Assembly (NCBI RefSeq): GCF_004010195.1
Contig: NC_057710.1
Span: forward strand, 148,177,548 to 148,241,547
Reading direction: 5' to 3'
Source of the DNA: Chiloscyllium plagiosum
Taxonomy: Eukaryota
Length of the DNA stretch: 64,000 bases
Shown here piece by piece: positions 49,773 to 61,945 of this stretch. Under the pieces are notes generated by a model. It was given only the letters and a program-made list of their open reading frames with translations. It was not told where the DNA came from and made no database searches. How positions within the stretch are numbered: the first letter of the stretch is position 1; each line of letters opens with the position of its first letter. A program made the position numbers and the translations under genes.

Positions 49773-50056
49773 CCTGCTCCTTGGATGCTGCCTGACCTGC
49801 TGTGCTTTTCCAGCAACACATTTTCAGCTCTGATCTCCAGCATCTGCAGCCCTCACTTTCTCCAGCGAGGAGGAAAGAAGATCAGCAGCAGAGCAGCACC
49901 AAGAGTCGGAACACTGTAAGACTAGCAGAGAGAATAAGAGAGTGGTGACAACAGCACTGGAAGTACTGCCAGTCAGGTGGGGAGGACAAAAGGATGAATG
50001 TTTCTAGTTTCCAAAATGAAAACCATGTTTGAAAGAGAATCAAACTGTGACATTAT

Positions 50057-50380
50057 GGGCGGCACGGTGGCACAGTGGTTAGCACTGCTGCCTCACAGCG
50101 CCAGAGACCCGGGTTCAATTCCCGCCTCAGGCGACTGACTGTGTGGAGTTTGCACGTTCTCCCCGTGTCTGCGTGGATTTCCTCCGGATGCTCCGGTTTC
50201 CTCCCACAGTCCAAAGGTGTGCAGGTCAGGTGAATTGGCCATGCTAAATTGCCCGTAGTGTTAGGTAAGGGGTAAATATAGGGATATGGGTGGGTTACGC
50301 TTCGGCGGGTCGGTGTGGACTTGTTGGGCCGAAGGGCCTGTTTCCACACTGTAATGTAATCTAATCTAATCTAATCTAAT
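50057..50380 (+). mobile_element. Full-length young HE1-type V-SINE
   Basis: gggcggcacggtggcacagtggttagc (A box) and gggttcaattcc (B box), V-core, CR1-like 3' end and (ctaat)n tail. CpGs are retained. Confidence 0.95.
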
Positions 50381-50744
50381 TACAGGGAGGCATGTCAATG
50401 ATTGGTTAGTGAATACATTTTGCTCATATCTCCTAACTAGTGCATTTATTAAAATCAGTAACTAAGAAATTAAAAATTTTAATCAGGGTAACTATAATAG
50501 TCAGCGAATTTAGAAGAGTATAACGCATAGCGGTCTAGAGGAATTAGTTAATGTCAAAATATTAAACAAAGTGCTCATTTATTGAAGTGGTAATGCAGGA
50601 TTTATTTTCGATCAGGCGTGGGCATCTGAGGCCTGTTGCATGGAATTCCTGCACGCTATCAGGAAACATCAGGCTTCTTCGTATGTCTTGGGTATGAATG
50701 AGGAAGTGTCCCCAGCAGATTCAGCTCAAACACTGGATTTTTGT

Positions 50745-51510
50745 GGCTGGCCACAATTTGAGTATTGTGCTGTAGTTCTGCAATCCTCATTATCAGAGGG
50801 ATGTGATTGCTGTGCAGAGGAAGTTTATGAGGACGTTGCCTGGGCTGGACAGTTTTAGGTATGAGGAGAGATTGGATAGACTGGGGTTGTTTCCCTTGGA
50901 GCAGAGAAGACTGGAAGTGGAGGAGACATGATTGAGATGTATTAAATTATGAGGGCATAGACAGTGCAGACAGGAAGAAACTTTTTCCTTTGGTGGAAGA
51001 TCAGTGACAACCACAGGACATAGATTTAAGGTGAGGGGTGGGAGGTTTAGAGGGGATGCGAGGAACATTTCGAGGAATAGTTATGGTGTGGGTTTCCACT
51101 GGGTGTTCCGGTTTCCTCCCACAATCCAAAGATGTGCAGGTTAGGTGGACTGGCCGTGCTAGATTGCTCATAGTGTTCAGAGATATGTAGGTTAGACGTG
51201 TGAGTCAGGGGTAAATGTAGGGGGAATGGGTCTAGGTGGGATACTCTTCGGAGGGTCAGTGTGGACTTATTGGGCCGAAGGGTCTGTTTTCCCCACTGTA
51301 GGGATTCTAATTTTGCAACTCGCTGCCTTTAAGAATGATAGAGGCAGAAACCGTCATAACATTTAACTTGTGATGCCAAAGCATACAAAGCTATGGACCT
51401 AGTGCTGGAAAATGGGATTTGAATAGTTAGGTTGATGTTTTGACCAGCACAGACTCAGTGGGCTATTGGGCCTTTTCTGTGCTGTGTACATCTTTGAGAA
51501 TATGACTCAT
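50745..51510 (+). mobile_element. CR1 3' fragment with inserted head-less HE1 SINE (51086-51310)
   Basis: ttttaggtatgaggagagattggatagactggggttgttt...; SINE core tttcctcccacaatccaaagatgtgcagg. Confidence 0.85.
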
Positions 51511-51559
51511 ATCATGGTAAACAAATCACCAGGCACTTAGGAGTTGAGGATAACCCTCA

Positions 51560-52685
51560 TGACATTATGAAAAGAATTGACTTATCTCAATTAATTTTTG
51601 GTGAAGTAACAAGGAAGGTTAATGAAGGGAATAATTTGAATGTTGTCTATATGGATTTTAAAGTGTTTGACAAGGTACTACATAACTGTTAACAAAATGG
51701 AAGCTTCTGGAAACAGAGAATCAGTGTCAAATAGAATGGGCAGCACAGTGGCTCAGTAGTTAGCACTGTTGCCTCACAGCGCCAGGGACCCAGGTCTGAT
51801 TCCAGCCTCAGGTGACTGTCTGTGTTGGAGTTTGTATGTTCTCTGCGTGGGTTTCCTCTGGGAGCTCTGGTTTCCTCCCACAGTCCAAAGCTGTGCAGGC
51901 CGGGTGAATTGGCCATGCTAAATTGACCCGTAGCGTTATGTATATTAGTCATGGGTAAATATAGCGTAGAGGAAAAGGTCTGGGTGGGTTACTCTTCAGA
52001 GGGTCAATGTGGACGTGAAGGGCCTGTTTCCATACCAGAGGGAATCTAGTCTAGAAACTTTGAAAAGGCTTAAGAACTGAAAATAGTAAGTTGTGATCAA
52101 TGGTTATTTTTCAGACAGTATCATGGCAGACAATAGTGTTTCTCAAGAGTCTATGTCAGAATCATATTTTGTTGCTGGATATAAATTACTTGTAAATTGA
52201 AATTCATGGTAAAATATCAAAATTTATTGATGATACCAATCTTGGAGGACTGGAAGTGGCAAACAATGAGGATGATACTAATTGACTGCAATAGCTACAG
52301 ACCAGCAGAGGGAACAGGGAGAGGCCAAATGGATTTAAATGCACAGTCCACAGAATATACAGGAACAGAGGGACCTGGAGAAGTATGTACATGGATCTTT
52401 GCAGGACATATTCAGGGAATTGATAGTGAAGCACATAGACACTTATATTTCATTAACAGAAGGATTCAATATAAAAGCAAGGAAGTGATAATGACCTGGA
52501 ACTCACTACGCACAAGGAAGCAGAGTCAGTCAGTGATTTCAAAAGGAAATTTGATAGGCACTTGAAAGAAGTAAACTTTGAGCACTACAAGGTTAGAGCA
52601 GGTGCATGGAATTAACTGGATTGCTCCATGGAGAGCTGGCATGGACTTGATGGGCCAAATCACATTCTTTTACATCATAAATGAA
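51560..52685 (+). mobile_element. Old CR1 RT fragment with inserted HE1 SINE (51738-52052)
   Basis: gtctatatggatttta..gtgtttgacaaggtac (VYMDF..FDKV). SINE head gggcagcacagtggctcagtagttagc. Confidence 0.8.
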
Positions 52686-52894
52686 ATGTGAAAATATTTA
52701 TTATGCTTTCAAATCACTTGCCCTATTCAGAAGCTGCACATTTATTTCCAGCTGTTAGAAATGTTTTGCTATCCTTTATAAACCAGGATAAAACGTGGCC
52801 TTCCCACTGACAGAATCTGCAACATTTGGCTCAGCATATCATGAACAGTGAAGGAACTGCCAGACGATCATTTTTCTCAACATTTTAAATTCAT

Positions 52895-54555
52895 CATCGG
52901 CTGGGGTCTGGCTGGCTGGGCCAGCATGTAATGCCTATACCTAATTGCTCTTGAACCACTATGTGTCGACCCACGATGCCATTAGAAAGGCAATTCCAGG
53001 ATTGTAATCCAGTAACAGTGAAGGAATATCCAAGTCAGGATGGTGAGTGGCTTGCAGGTGATGATATTCCCATGGATTTGCTGCCATTATCCTTCTAGAT
53101 GGAAGGGTTCATCAGTTTGGAAGGTGCTGTCTAAGGATCTTTGACAAATTCCTGCAGTGCATCTTGTATATAGTACACATTGCTGCTAGTTAGTGGAATG
53201 AGTGGATGCTTGTGGAAGTGGTGCCAACAAGTGGGCTGCTTTGTCCTGGATGGTGTCAAGTTACACTCATCCAGGCAAGTGGGGAGTATTCCATCACACT
53301 CCTGACATCTGCCTTGTAGATGATAGACAGATTTTTGGAGTTCAGGGGGTGAGTTACTCACCACAGTATTCCTAGCCTCTTACCTGCTCTTGTGAGTCCA
53401 GTTGAGTTTCTGGTCAATGGTAAGCCCCAGGATGTTAATATTGAGGGATTCTGTTATGGTAACACCATTGAATGTCAAGGGGCAGTTGCTATATTGTTCC
53501 TAACTGAAGATGATCGCTTCCTGACGTTTGTATGGCATGAATGTTACTTGGATATCATTCAGATCTTGTGGCATTTGAAAATGGACTGCTTCAGTATCTA
53601 AGGATTCACAAATTGTGCTGAACTTTGTGCAGTCATCAGCAAACACCATCACTTCTGACTTTATAATGGAAGGAAGGTCATTGATGAAGCAACTAATGAA
53701 GTTGGGCCTAGGACACTCTCCTGAGGAATTCCTGCAGATATGTCCTGGAACTGAAATGACTGACCTCCAACAACCACGACCATCTTCCTAATCATCAAGG
53801 ATGATTCCAATCAGCAAAGAGTTTTTCCCTGATTCCATTTGCTAGGGCTTCGTGATACCACACTCAGCAAATGCAGCCTTGATGCCAAGGGCTATCACTC
53901 TGTTGTTACCACTGGAATTCAACTCTTTTGTCCATGTTGTAATGGGGTCAAAAGCTGGATTACCCTGGCAGAACTCAAACTGGGCATCAGTGGGCAAGTT
54001 ATTCCTTAGAAGGTACTGTTTGATAGCACTGTTGATGACACCTTCCGTCACTTTATTGATTATTGAGAGTTAATTGATGGGCTAGTTTGGATGTGTCCTA
54101 TTTGTGTACCAGACTATTCCACACTATCAGCTAGATGCTAGTGTTGTAGCTGAACTGGAACAGCATGTCTAAAGTTCCAGGACGTTCGGGAGCATAGGTC
54201 TTCCGTACTACTGCTGGAATGTTGTTGGGGTCCATAGTCTTAACAGTATCCAGTGGTTCAAACTATTTCTTGATATCACATAGAGTGAATTGAATTCACC
54301 TGTGATGCTGGCGACCAGTGGAGGAGACCAAAAGAGATTATCCACTCGTTACTTTTGGCTGAAGATCTTTGCAGATGCTTCAGCCTTATCTTTTGCGCTG
54401 ATTTGCTGAGCCTTACTATCATTGAGAATGTGGATATTTTTGAGCAGCTCCCTGAACTGTGTTGTTTAATTGTCCACCAATTAAACAACACAGTTGTGGC
54501 AGGATTTGATCCATTGGTTGTGGGATCGCTTGCTGTTACGCTGCTTGGCATGCAC
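52895..54555 (-). mobile_element. Second LINE family RT and 3' end
   Basis: EGVINSAIKQYLLRNNL..DAQFEFCQG...ALGIKAAF on the minus strand. Confidence 0.8.
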
Positions 54556-55934
54556 ACAAAACAAATGCAACAAAAATCTTATACCATTGAAGCCGCATGA
54601 ACCCAGCTGGGATTGGGTTTCCTAAATGTCCTTTAGGAAGTCAAATCTTCTGTTTTATATATCTAACCCGTGTGTGTCTACAGTTCCATATCATCTTGTG
54701 ATCCTTACCAGAAAATAAATGTTACTTATTGGATAGAATTTATCCAGGCACCAAATGGGGTAGACATTGGTGAGAAAATTGAGGGAATAAAATGGGATCA
54801 GCAGTGAGGAGACCCTGCTTTCAAGCACAAGTCCTAATTTTTAAATAAATGTTGCATGGTAAGATGAAATTCTCACATGGGACCTACTCACATATATTAA
54901 CATCCTCATTATCACATCATCTTGCTTCATTAATATGCAGTTTCCCATTATTTTTCACCTGCGAAATAGAAACTAAATGGCAATTCCAGACAGGAAAGAG
55001 TGGTTACCTGGCATCTTCAGCTCACTGCTTGCTCCTCCATCAGTCACCAACATCTTCGAGCATGGGCAGGAGCGACCACATTCAAACACTAACCCCTGAC
55101 CTCATCAGCAAAACGGGGTGCTAATTACCCTCATGTCTGGGACATAAAATGAACTGTGCAGGGCAGCAGACTTCCAGTGCTTGACGAGCTGCATGGCTGA
55201 ACTTTAAAGATTGCACCAATGACCAGCACTTCTGCCTGTGGGAGAATATGACAAGTGGGGCACCGAAGTGGCATGGTAATGAGGCGAGTTTGGGAAGAGA
55301 ATGCTAAAATACTCACTCGGGCTTACAGATCAAAACACTAGGGCTTACAGATCATGGAGTCACCTTGCTGATTTCTGGTAGATTCAGTCCAGTGTTTCCT
55401 GGAAACCCACAACCACCTCTCAACATAAATTGGAATGATTTTCCATACCAGTGAAGAACTTTGTAAAGCTAAGTTAAAAATACGCAGCCGCATAATTATG
55501 CTAGTTGAAAACATTGATGAATGAAGTTGGTTTTGCAACTTCTTCTCAGCACGATCATCCTGGATAACAGTTGGATCATTCATCATTTAACTACTCTTCA
55601 ACGATGAAGTTATTGAGCAGAGTGAGAATATTGGTGGTAACTGCAAAGGTGATGTCTTCATGTATTTGGATAATGCAAACACATTGGCCTGTCTCCATGG
55701 CTTAGGCTTGGAAGAATTGAAAAAGACAAGGATCTACAGCTATGCTATTGTCTTAATGTGTAATAATAGTTCACTCAACATAAAATTATGGCTAGCTTCC
55801 TTATCACTTGGAGCTGCCTTGACAATTTTTATCTCCTCAATGTTTAGCTCAGAATTGCAGACTTTGCTGTCTCTCAAGAGCGAGTGAGGCTTATACTTTT
55901 TATTTACATGTTGCGTTTTGTAGGTTAAATTACA

Positions 55935-57070
55935 TTTATTTATTTGTTCACTGGATGTGAGCATCACTGCTAGGGCCAGTATTCATTGCTCATAGCTAAT
56001 TATTCTGGAGAAGGGGCTGATGAGTTTAACAGTTGCAGTCTGTGGGGAATAGGTACACACAGAGTGCTGTTAGGAAGGGAATTGGAGTATTTTGATCTAG
56101 CGACAGAGAAGAACAACCAAATTGTTCCAAGTCAAATTGGTCTGCCGCTTGGAGGGGAACTTGCAGATGGTAATGTTCCCAAGAGCATGCTGCTCTTGTC
56201 CTTCTACACAATAGATGTTATGGGTTTAGAATGTGGTATGAGAGCCTTAGTGAGTTACTGCAGTATATCTTGTAGTTGATACATATGTTTGCACTTTTCT
56301 GAATGGCATTGAGCTTCTCGATTGTTGTTGGAGGTGTGCTCAACCAGTCAAATGGGGCATCATCCTTGACCTGTGCCTTGTAGGTGATAGACAGGAACTG
56401 GGAGAGATGAGGCAAGTTACTTGCTCAGAATTTCCAGCCTCTGACCTGCTCTTGTGGTCTTTACATGACTGTTCCAATTCAGCTTCTGGTCAATGTTAAT
56501 CCCCAGGACTTGGATTGTAGTCAATTCAAAAATGGCAAAACCATTACATGTTGGGGGAGATGATTGCATTCTCTCATTGGAAAAGGTTATTGCCTGACAG
56601 TTGTGTGGCGGGAATATTATTTTCCACTTAGCAGCCCAAGCCTGAATATTGTCCAAGTCTTACTGCGCAAGTCCATGGATTGCTATCTTATCTGTGCAAC
56701 ACCATATATAATTTCTCAATCATCAGTGACTGGCCACTCCTGACTTTATGGTGCAGCTGAAGTTGGTTGGGGCTAGGACAATAATCTGAGGAACTCTGAC
56801 ACTGATATCCTGGAGCTGAGATGATTGACCCCCCCACAATCTTCCCTTATATTAGGTATGACTCAAACTAGTGGAGAACTCCCCCACTTCCCCCAGTTCC
56901 CATATACTCCAGCTTCACTAGCACTCCTTGATCCTGCATTTGGTCAAATGCGACCTTGATTTTAAGGGTAGTCATTCTCATCTCACCTCGAGTTCAGTTT
57001 TATTGTTTATGTTTGAAACAATCCTAAAATCAGGTCAGACGCTAAGTGGTCATGGCAGAACCCAAACCAG
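55935..57070 (-). mobile_element. Second LINE family 3' fragment
   Basis: DNIQAWAAKWKIIF...LGINIDQKLNWNSHV and YKAQV. Confidence 0.8.
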
Positions 57071-57556
57071 TGATGTTGCCCCTACTATCAGAGGGGTGAA
57101 TATCCCAAGTTGAGACAATATCCTTTTGTCTTTTGTGCACTTTGGAAGTTGCATTTATTCTTCATTTCAGTCAGGTAAGGTCACTATTTGCTATCCAATT
57201 CTCAGCTTCTCTGAATTACAATCATTATTGGAATATCAACCTCAAGAAGACTCAAGTTGTTTACTAAATCATCCCAGGGCAAGTTCCAGCTCATCCCTCC
57301 ATTTTGATCAATGGAGAAATCCCCCCAAAACTTCATGTAGCTGAAGACCCACCTCTTATCCAAGGCTGACATTGACAGAGATATTCAACACCTCATCCAA
57401 TCTACAAGCACCACCTAAAAATGAGAGTCTTCAATGATTGTGACATCATGTCATTACATACAAGGCAGTCATCCTCGCGACTCTTCTGTATGTCTGCAAA
57501 ACTTAGAGTATGTATAGACACCACTTCAAGGCTCCTGAGAAGTACCATCAACTCTG

Positions 57557-58176
57557 GTTGTAAGTTTGCTCGCTGAGCTGGAAGGTTTGTTCTCAGATGT
57601 TTCGTCACCATGCTAGGTAACATCATCAGTGAGCCTCCATTGAAGCGGTGGTGTTCTGTCCCGCTTTCTGATAATATGTCTTGGTCTGTTGTGGTGGGTG
57701 ACATCACTTCCGGTTCTATTTCTGAGAGGTTGGTAAATGGGGTCCAAATCAATGTGTTTCTTAATGGAGTTCCGGTTTGCATGCCAGACCTCCAGGAATT
57801 CCCATGTGTGCGTTGTTGAGCCTGTCCCAGGATGGATGTATTATCCCAGTCGAACTGGTGTCCATCTTCGTCTGTGTGTATGGATACCAGTGATAGTTGG
57901 TCATGTCTTTTGGTGGCTAGTTGATTCTCATGTATCCTGGTGGCTAGGTTCCTGCCCGTCTGTCCAATGTAAAGTTTGTTGCAGACACACCACAACAGAC
58001 CACAACACAAATAGAAAGCAGGACAGAACACCATCGCTTCAACGGAGGCTCACTGATGATGTTACCTAACATGGTGACAAAACGTCTGAGAACAAACCTT
58101 CCAGCTCAGCGAGCAAACTTACATCCAGAACTTCAACCTGAACTACTAACCTTCACAAAAATCACAAAAACTGTCT
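57557..58176 (-). mobile_element. Penelope-like element (family C): GIY-YIG endonuclease C-terminus with inverted pseudo-LTRs
   Basis: LYIGQTGRNLATRIHEN...HQFDWDNTSIL, then (frameshifted) EFLEVWH...HIDLDPIYQPL. 110-bp inverted arms at 57560-57669 / 58013-58122. Possible TSD ACTCTG. Confidence 0.88.
57592..57633 (-). ncRNA. Minimal type-I hammerhead ribozyme motif in a PLE pseudo-LTR
   Basis: CUCA-CUGAUGA-U-GUUACC-UAGCAU-GGUGAC-GAAA-CAUC^UGAG. Stem I CUCA/UGAG and stem II both pair. Confidence 0.75.
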
Positions 58177-60649
58177 ACTCTGTTTGAGACGGATTCTCCA
58201 CATCAGCTGGGAGGGGGTGACCGTACTAATGTCAGCATCCTTGAAGGAGTCAGTAGCACCAGCATTGGGGCCATAATCACCTGAATCCATTTCCACTGGG
58301 CTGACCACATGCTTAGGAGTTCTGACTGCCAAAGCAAATCTTCTTCACCAAGCTCAAGAAAGGTTTATGACAAGAGGATGACGAAAGAAGAGTTTCAGTG
58401 ACTCCCTGAAGGCTTCCCTCAGGAAATGCAATGTAGTTGTCAACACATTGGAGACCCTCTTTCAGAAAGAACCAATTGGAGAAACCTACTGTATGGCGGG
58501 TCACAATTTCCTGAGAACATCCTTTGGCAAGAGGAAGTATGAAAAAGGAGAAAGGAATGCCAGTGATCTCAACATCCAGGACTTATTCCTCCTGCCCGAA
58601 ACAGCTGCCAGATTTGTGATTGGAGATGCAACTCTAGAATTGGGATCATCAGTTACACGAGGACTAACAGAACCCAAAACCAGTTACATGGAATTTCATA
58701 AGTGGCCAATCGTACTCAGTGATGAGTGAGTGCTGATGACAACAGTAACTGTAAATTCATACAAGGAAATACACAGAGAAAACCCTTTCTGAAACTCACT
58801 GAAGTTGACATTTAGCCAGATTATAGGAAAATTCAGCCCACTGTTTCTCTTTCCACGTATGTTGCCAGACCTGCTGAGTGTCTCCATTATTTTCTGCCTC
58901 TGTTTGAAGAATGTCTATATTGGATAATAAGTTTTAATAGTTTGGCATTCCAAAGCCTCATTGGGAAGTTTAAGGCCAATTGTCCCTTAAGCAAAAGTTG
59001 AGAAGACCCCCTGCCATTGAACGCTGCAATTTTGTCCCTTCCCTACAGGATGTACTTATTGCTTCTCTGAGTGAAACTGCAAATTTAAATCCAATTAATA
59101 CAGATGTTTGTATTGTACAGCAACCTTCAGGGTTATTTACAACTGGATTCATTATTCCCAAATTTGCTGGCTATAAAGATCTTACATCAGATAGAGAAAA
59201 ATACTTTTCAAATTACACAGTTGATTCCAAATCTAGGTAGTGGACACATAGCAACAATAGCTAAATGAACAGTGTACCTACAGCCAAGTGCTTTTAATAT
59301 TTTCTCTTTACTTCTGCTGGAAGTTTTGTCTCTTCTGGTTGAATGGAGGAGGGGAACTATTTAATGGACATTGAGGACAATGCTCTGGATTGTTCACTCA
59401 TTGTGGAACTAATGAAATTATCATTTGAAATCTGTTGAATGAAAATTAGGCAAATCCTACAATAGATAAACCGTTTCTCCATCTGATTACTGCCTAAGTG
59501 CTGCAAGTTAAAATAATCTTGTTGATACAACACATCATCATTCCATTAACCTTGCTGGTAACTTAGTTGGAGAGCGGAGTTGCCACTCGTCTAGAATTTG
59601 GAATGAGTTACCACTCATCTAGATTTACTCTCAATTTGTTGAGTCCATTTGATGGAATAAATGTTTGATTAATGTTCCGTTGTATGTATTTTGGATTATG
59701 TAGTTGGAAATGTTATGCATTTTGCTTTCATAACTCTATTCCTTTTCCCAAGCATGTGCTCTAAGTTGTTCAAAGGATTTGAGAATCCTTTTTTATGCTT
59801 TCAGCCTTGTGCCAGTATAAAAGTGATATTGATCTCATAACTGTATAATGTTGCCAATATAAACCCTTAGGAACTATAAAAGCTGTTCAGAAAGTATTAG
59901 AAAAACTTACCACCCAAGAGCAAGATTTTGGATGGTTTTAACCAACATTGTGTAGGTAAGAACACCTGTGAAATTTAAATTGGCAGAAAGCGTCATCTCC
60001 AGCTGTCCATATAATTGTTTTTGATGCAATTGGCAGGTCGACAAAACAGGTTGTATTGCAATGCACAAGTGAAATTTAAGATGCCATTTAAATGCCTATG
60101 AACCAAATTGCTACATATCTCCTGGTTGAAGCTATATTTTTCAATGTTTTGATTACCATAGCAATGCACATGATGATTTAAATCTTAAAATAGTATATTT
60201 TGCGTATGCATTCATATTTGAATGCTAATTGAAAAGCTGACCTATAAAGTAAAACCAATATAAAGATAAATTAGCATTGTGTTAGCTGACTTAATCAAGA
60301 TTCTCTGGTTCGGATTCTTACTTATGGTTCATGTCTTCGTTCTTCACAAGAGTGTTTGGAATTGGACTGAGATTTAGATTCTTCCAATTATTGTAGATAT
60401 TAGCATATATAATTAGTGTACACTCTAGGTCTGATTAAAATTTTAACACCTAACGAGTGTTATTTTACTTGCGGGGTGTTTTAATGGCCTTCTAAATACC
60501 TGTTTGGGTGGCTAAACTAGTTTGGATATCATATATGTTATAAAGTAATTTTAAAAATCTTGCTTTATTTCAAAAACCTAGGAGGGGGCTGTAGATCTAA
60601 GTATTTTTTGTAGTATATGAGTAATGATCAATCTTTTCCATAATTTCAG

Positions 60650-60792
60650 GCAACTGATGAGCCTTCAGCAAAACCCTATGAACAAAATGTGGCAGGAACG
60701 AACCTTGTGCCTTGGCACGAGTACTGCCTGTGAAAACTCTCTTAGTGGTCATATCTCAGGAACGGTTTTGGGATTTGGAGAAGATGAATTAG
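60650..60792 (+). CDS. HHIP: HHIP internal coding exon (probably exon 10)
   Basis: taatttcag|G...TTAG|gtaatc. Translates QLMSLQQNPMNKMWQERTLCLGTSTACENSLSGHISGTVLGFGEDEL(G). 143 nt, phase 2 to 1. The WQE.LCLG and GFGEDELG motifs match HHIP. Confidence 0.95.
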
Positions 60793-61769
60793 GTAATCAA
60801 CCCAATGTTTGCAATGACTATTGCTACTAAAGCATCTGCTTGTGCTTACTAGAGATATGTTTAATTGGATAAACGGAATTTTTAGGTTACACATCAGAGT
60901 ATTAATTTACTTTTTGAAAGTGCACATTATATAAAAATAATTAATTCCTTTGTAATTCACCATCTCACACCAATTTCCTGTGATGTTCTGCATCATGATC
61001 CAACCTCCATGGTGGTAAAGAAACATCATATGGTTCCGATACCATGGCTCATATGTTTTATGACATGTTATGAACGCAGTCGTTAAGTTGCAGATTTACA
61101 AATTTTTTGGTTCCCGCTACTCAGCATGCTCCATATAATATACACTTGCATCCTCTGTAATATTCCTTTCAGACTTGAAAAATAATGCCTTCATCAAAAG
61201 AAATGACCTTAGAGCACAATTTATTTAAGGCATACGATTAATGAGTGACTGTATCTGTTGCCCTCATCCAAACCTATATCAATTCCTGTTCACCCATTTT
61301 TTTTCCATGCTCACTTACTCATATTGACTCCTAAGAGATCTCAATTTCAAAATTTTCAGTCTTGTATTCTAATTTCTCCATTCTTACCTCTAACCTCACA
61401 TATTACTAAAATCAACTTATGTTGCTAGCTGGCAACTTCTGAATGAATGAATGAGTTATTGTCATGTGTATTTTACAATAAGAATACAGTAAAATATTGT
61501 GGAAAGCTTCCATTGTCACCATTATTTGGTGCCATTTTGAATAGTTTAAGAATAAGGGGAAAAAAGCAAGACATAGCCTTTTTCTGATAACATTCCTGAT
61601 AAGGACCAGAGATGCTTTACAATGTTAAAGGAGCTGGAATCGATATGGATGCAGGTTATTGTCAAAGAGTTGGTAGGGGAGAAAATGGAAAAAGTCATTT
61701 TGGAATCACATGATTCAAGAATAATAGGCTTCAGAATGGAAGTTTGAAATGTATGCTAAAGATATGAAG

Positions 61770-61945
61770 CAAGAACAGGAGGTGTTGGAGAAATGAGGCA
61801 GGTCTGGCAGCATCTGCAGAGAGAAAAACAGAGTTACGTTTCGAGTCCCGTGACCCTTCATCAGAACAGTTCTGTCCACAACTGCTGTAAGAACTGTTGA
61901 GTTTCTCCAGCACTTTCTGTTTTTGTTTCAGTTCTGCAGTTTGCT
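61770..61945. mobile_element. PLE-terminus family D inverted dimer, plus-arm core deleted
   Basis: Minus strand reads guuCUGAUGAa-ggguc-acgg-gacuc-GAAA-cgua. Arms ggtgttggagaaa / tttctccagcac. Confidence 0.7.

Larger units (their letters stand above)
49644..49861. mobile_element. Young PLE-terminus family A inverted dimer
   Basis: Near-perfect palindrome centred on ggaattcc (49732-49739). 16-bp direct repeat CCAGCGAGGAGGAAAG (49628-49643 / 49862-49877). Confidence 0.9.
57200..58690 (+). mobile_element. RTE-clade (BovB-like) LINE 3' part, interrupted by a PLE
   Basis: Degenerate INLKKTQV, SKADIDRDIQH, KAVILATLLY, EKYHQ | CLRRILHISW, TNVSIL, LPKQIFF, DSLKASLRKCN. Confidence 0.75.

Noticed and set aside
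23390-49861. Palindromic repeats read as CRISPR repeats, REP elements, terminators or miRNA genes
   Set aside because: Eukaryotic intron context, no spacer periodicity, and variable-length TSDs indicate retroelement insertions.
50057-50130. tRNA-like sequence with A and B boxes
   Set aside because: Head of a multi-copy HE1 SINE, not a tRNA gene.
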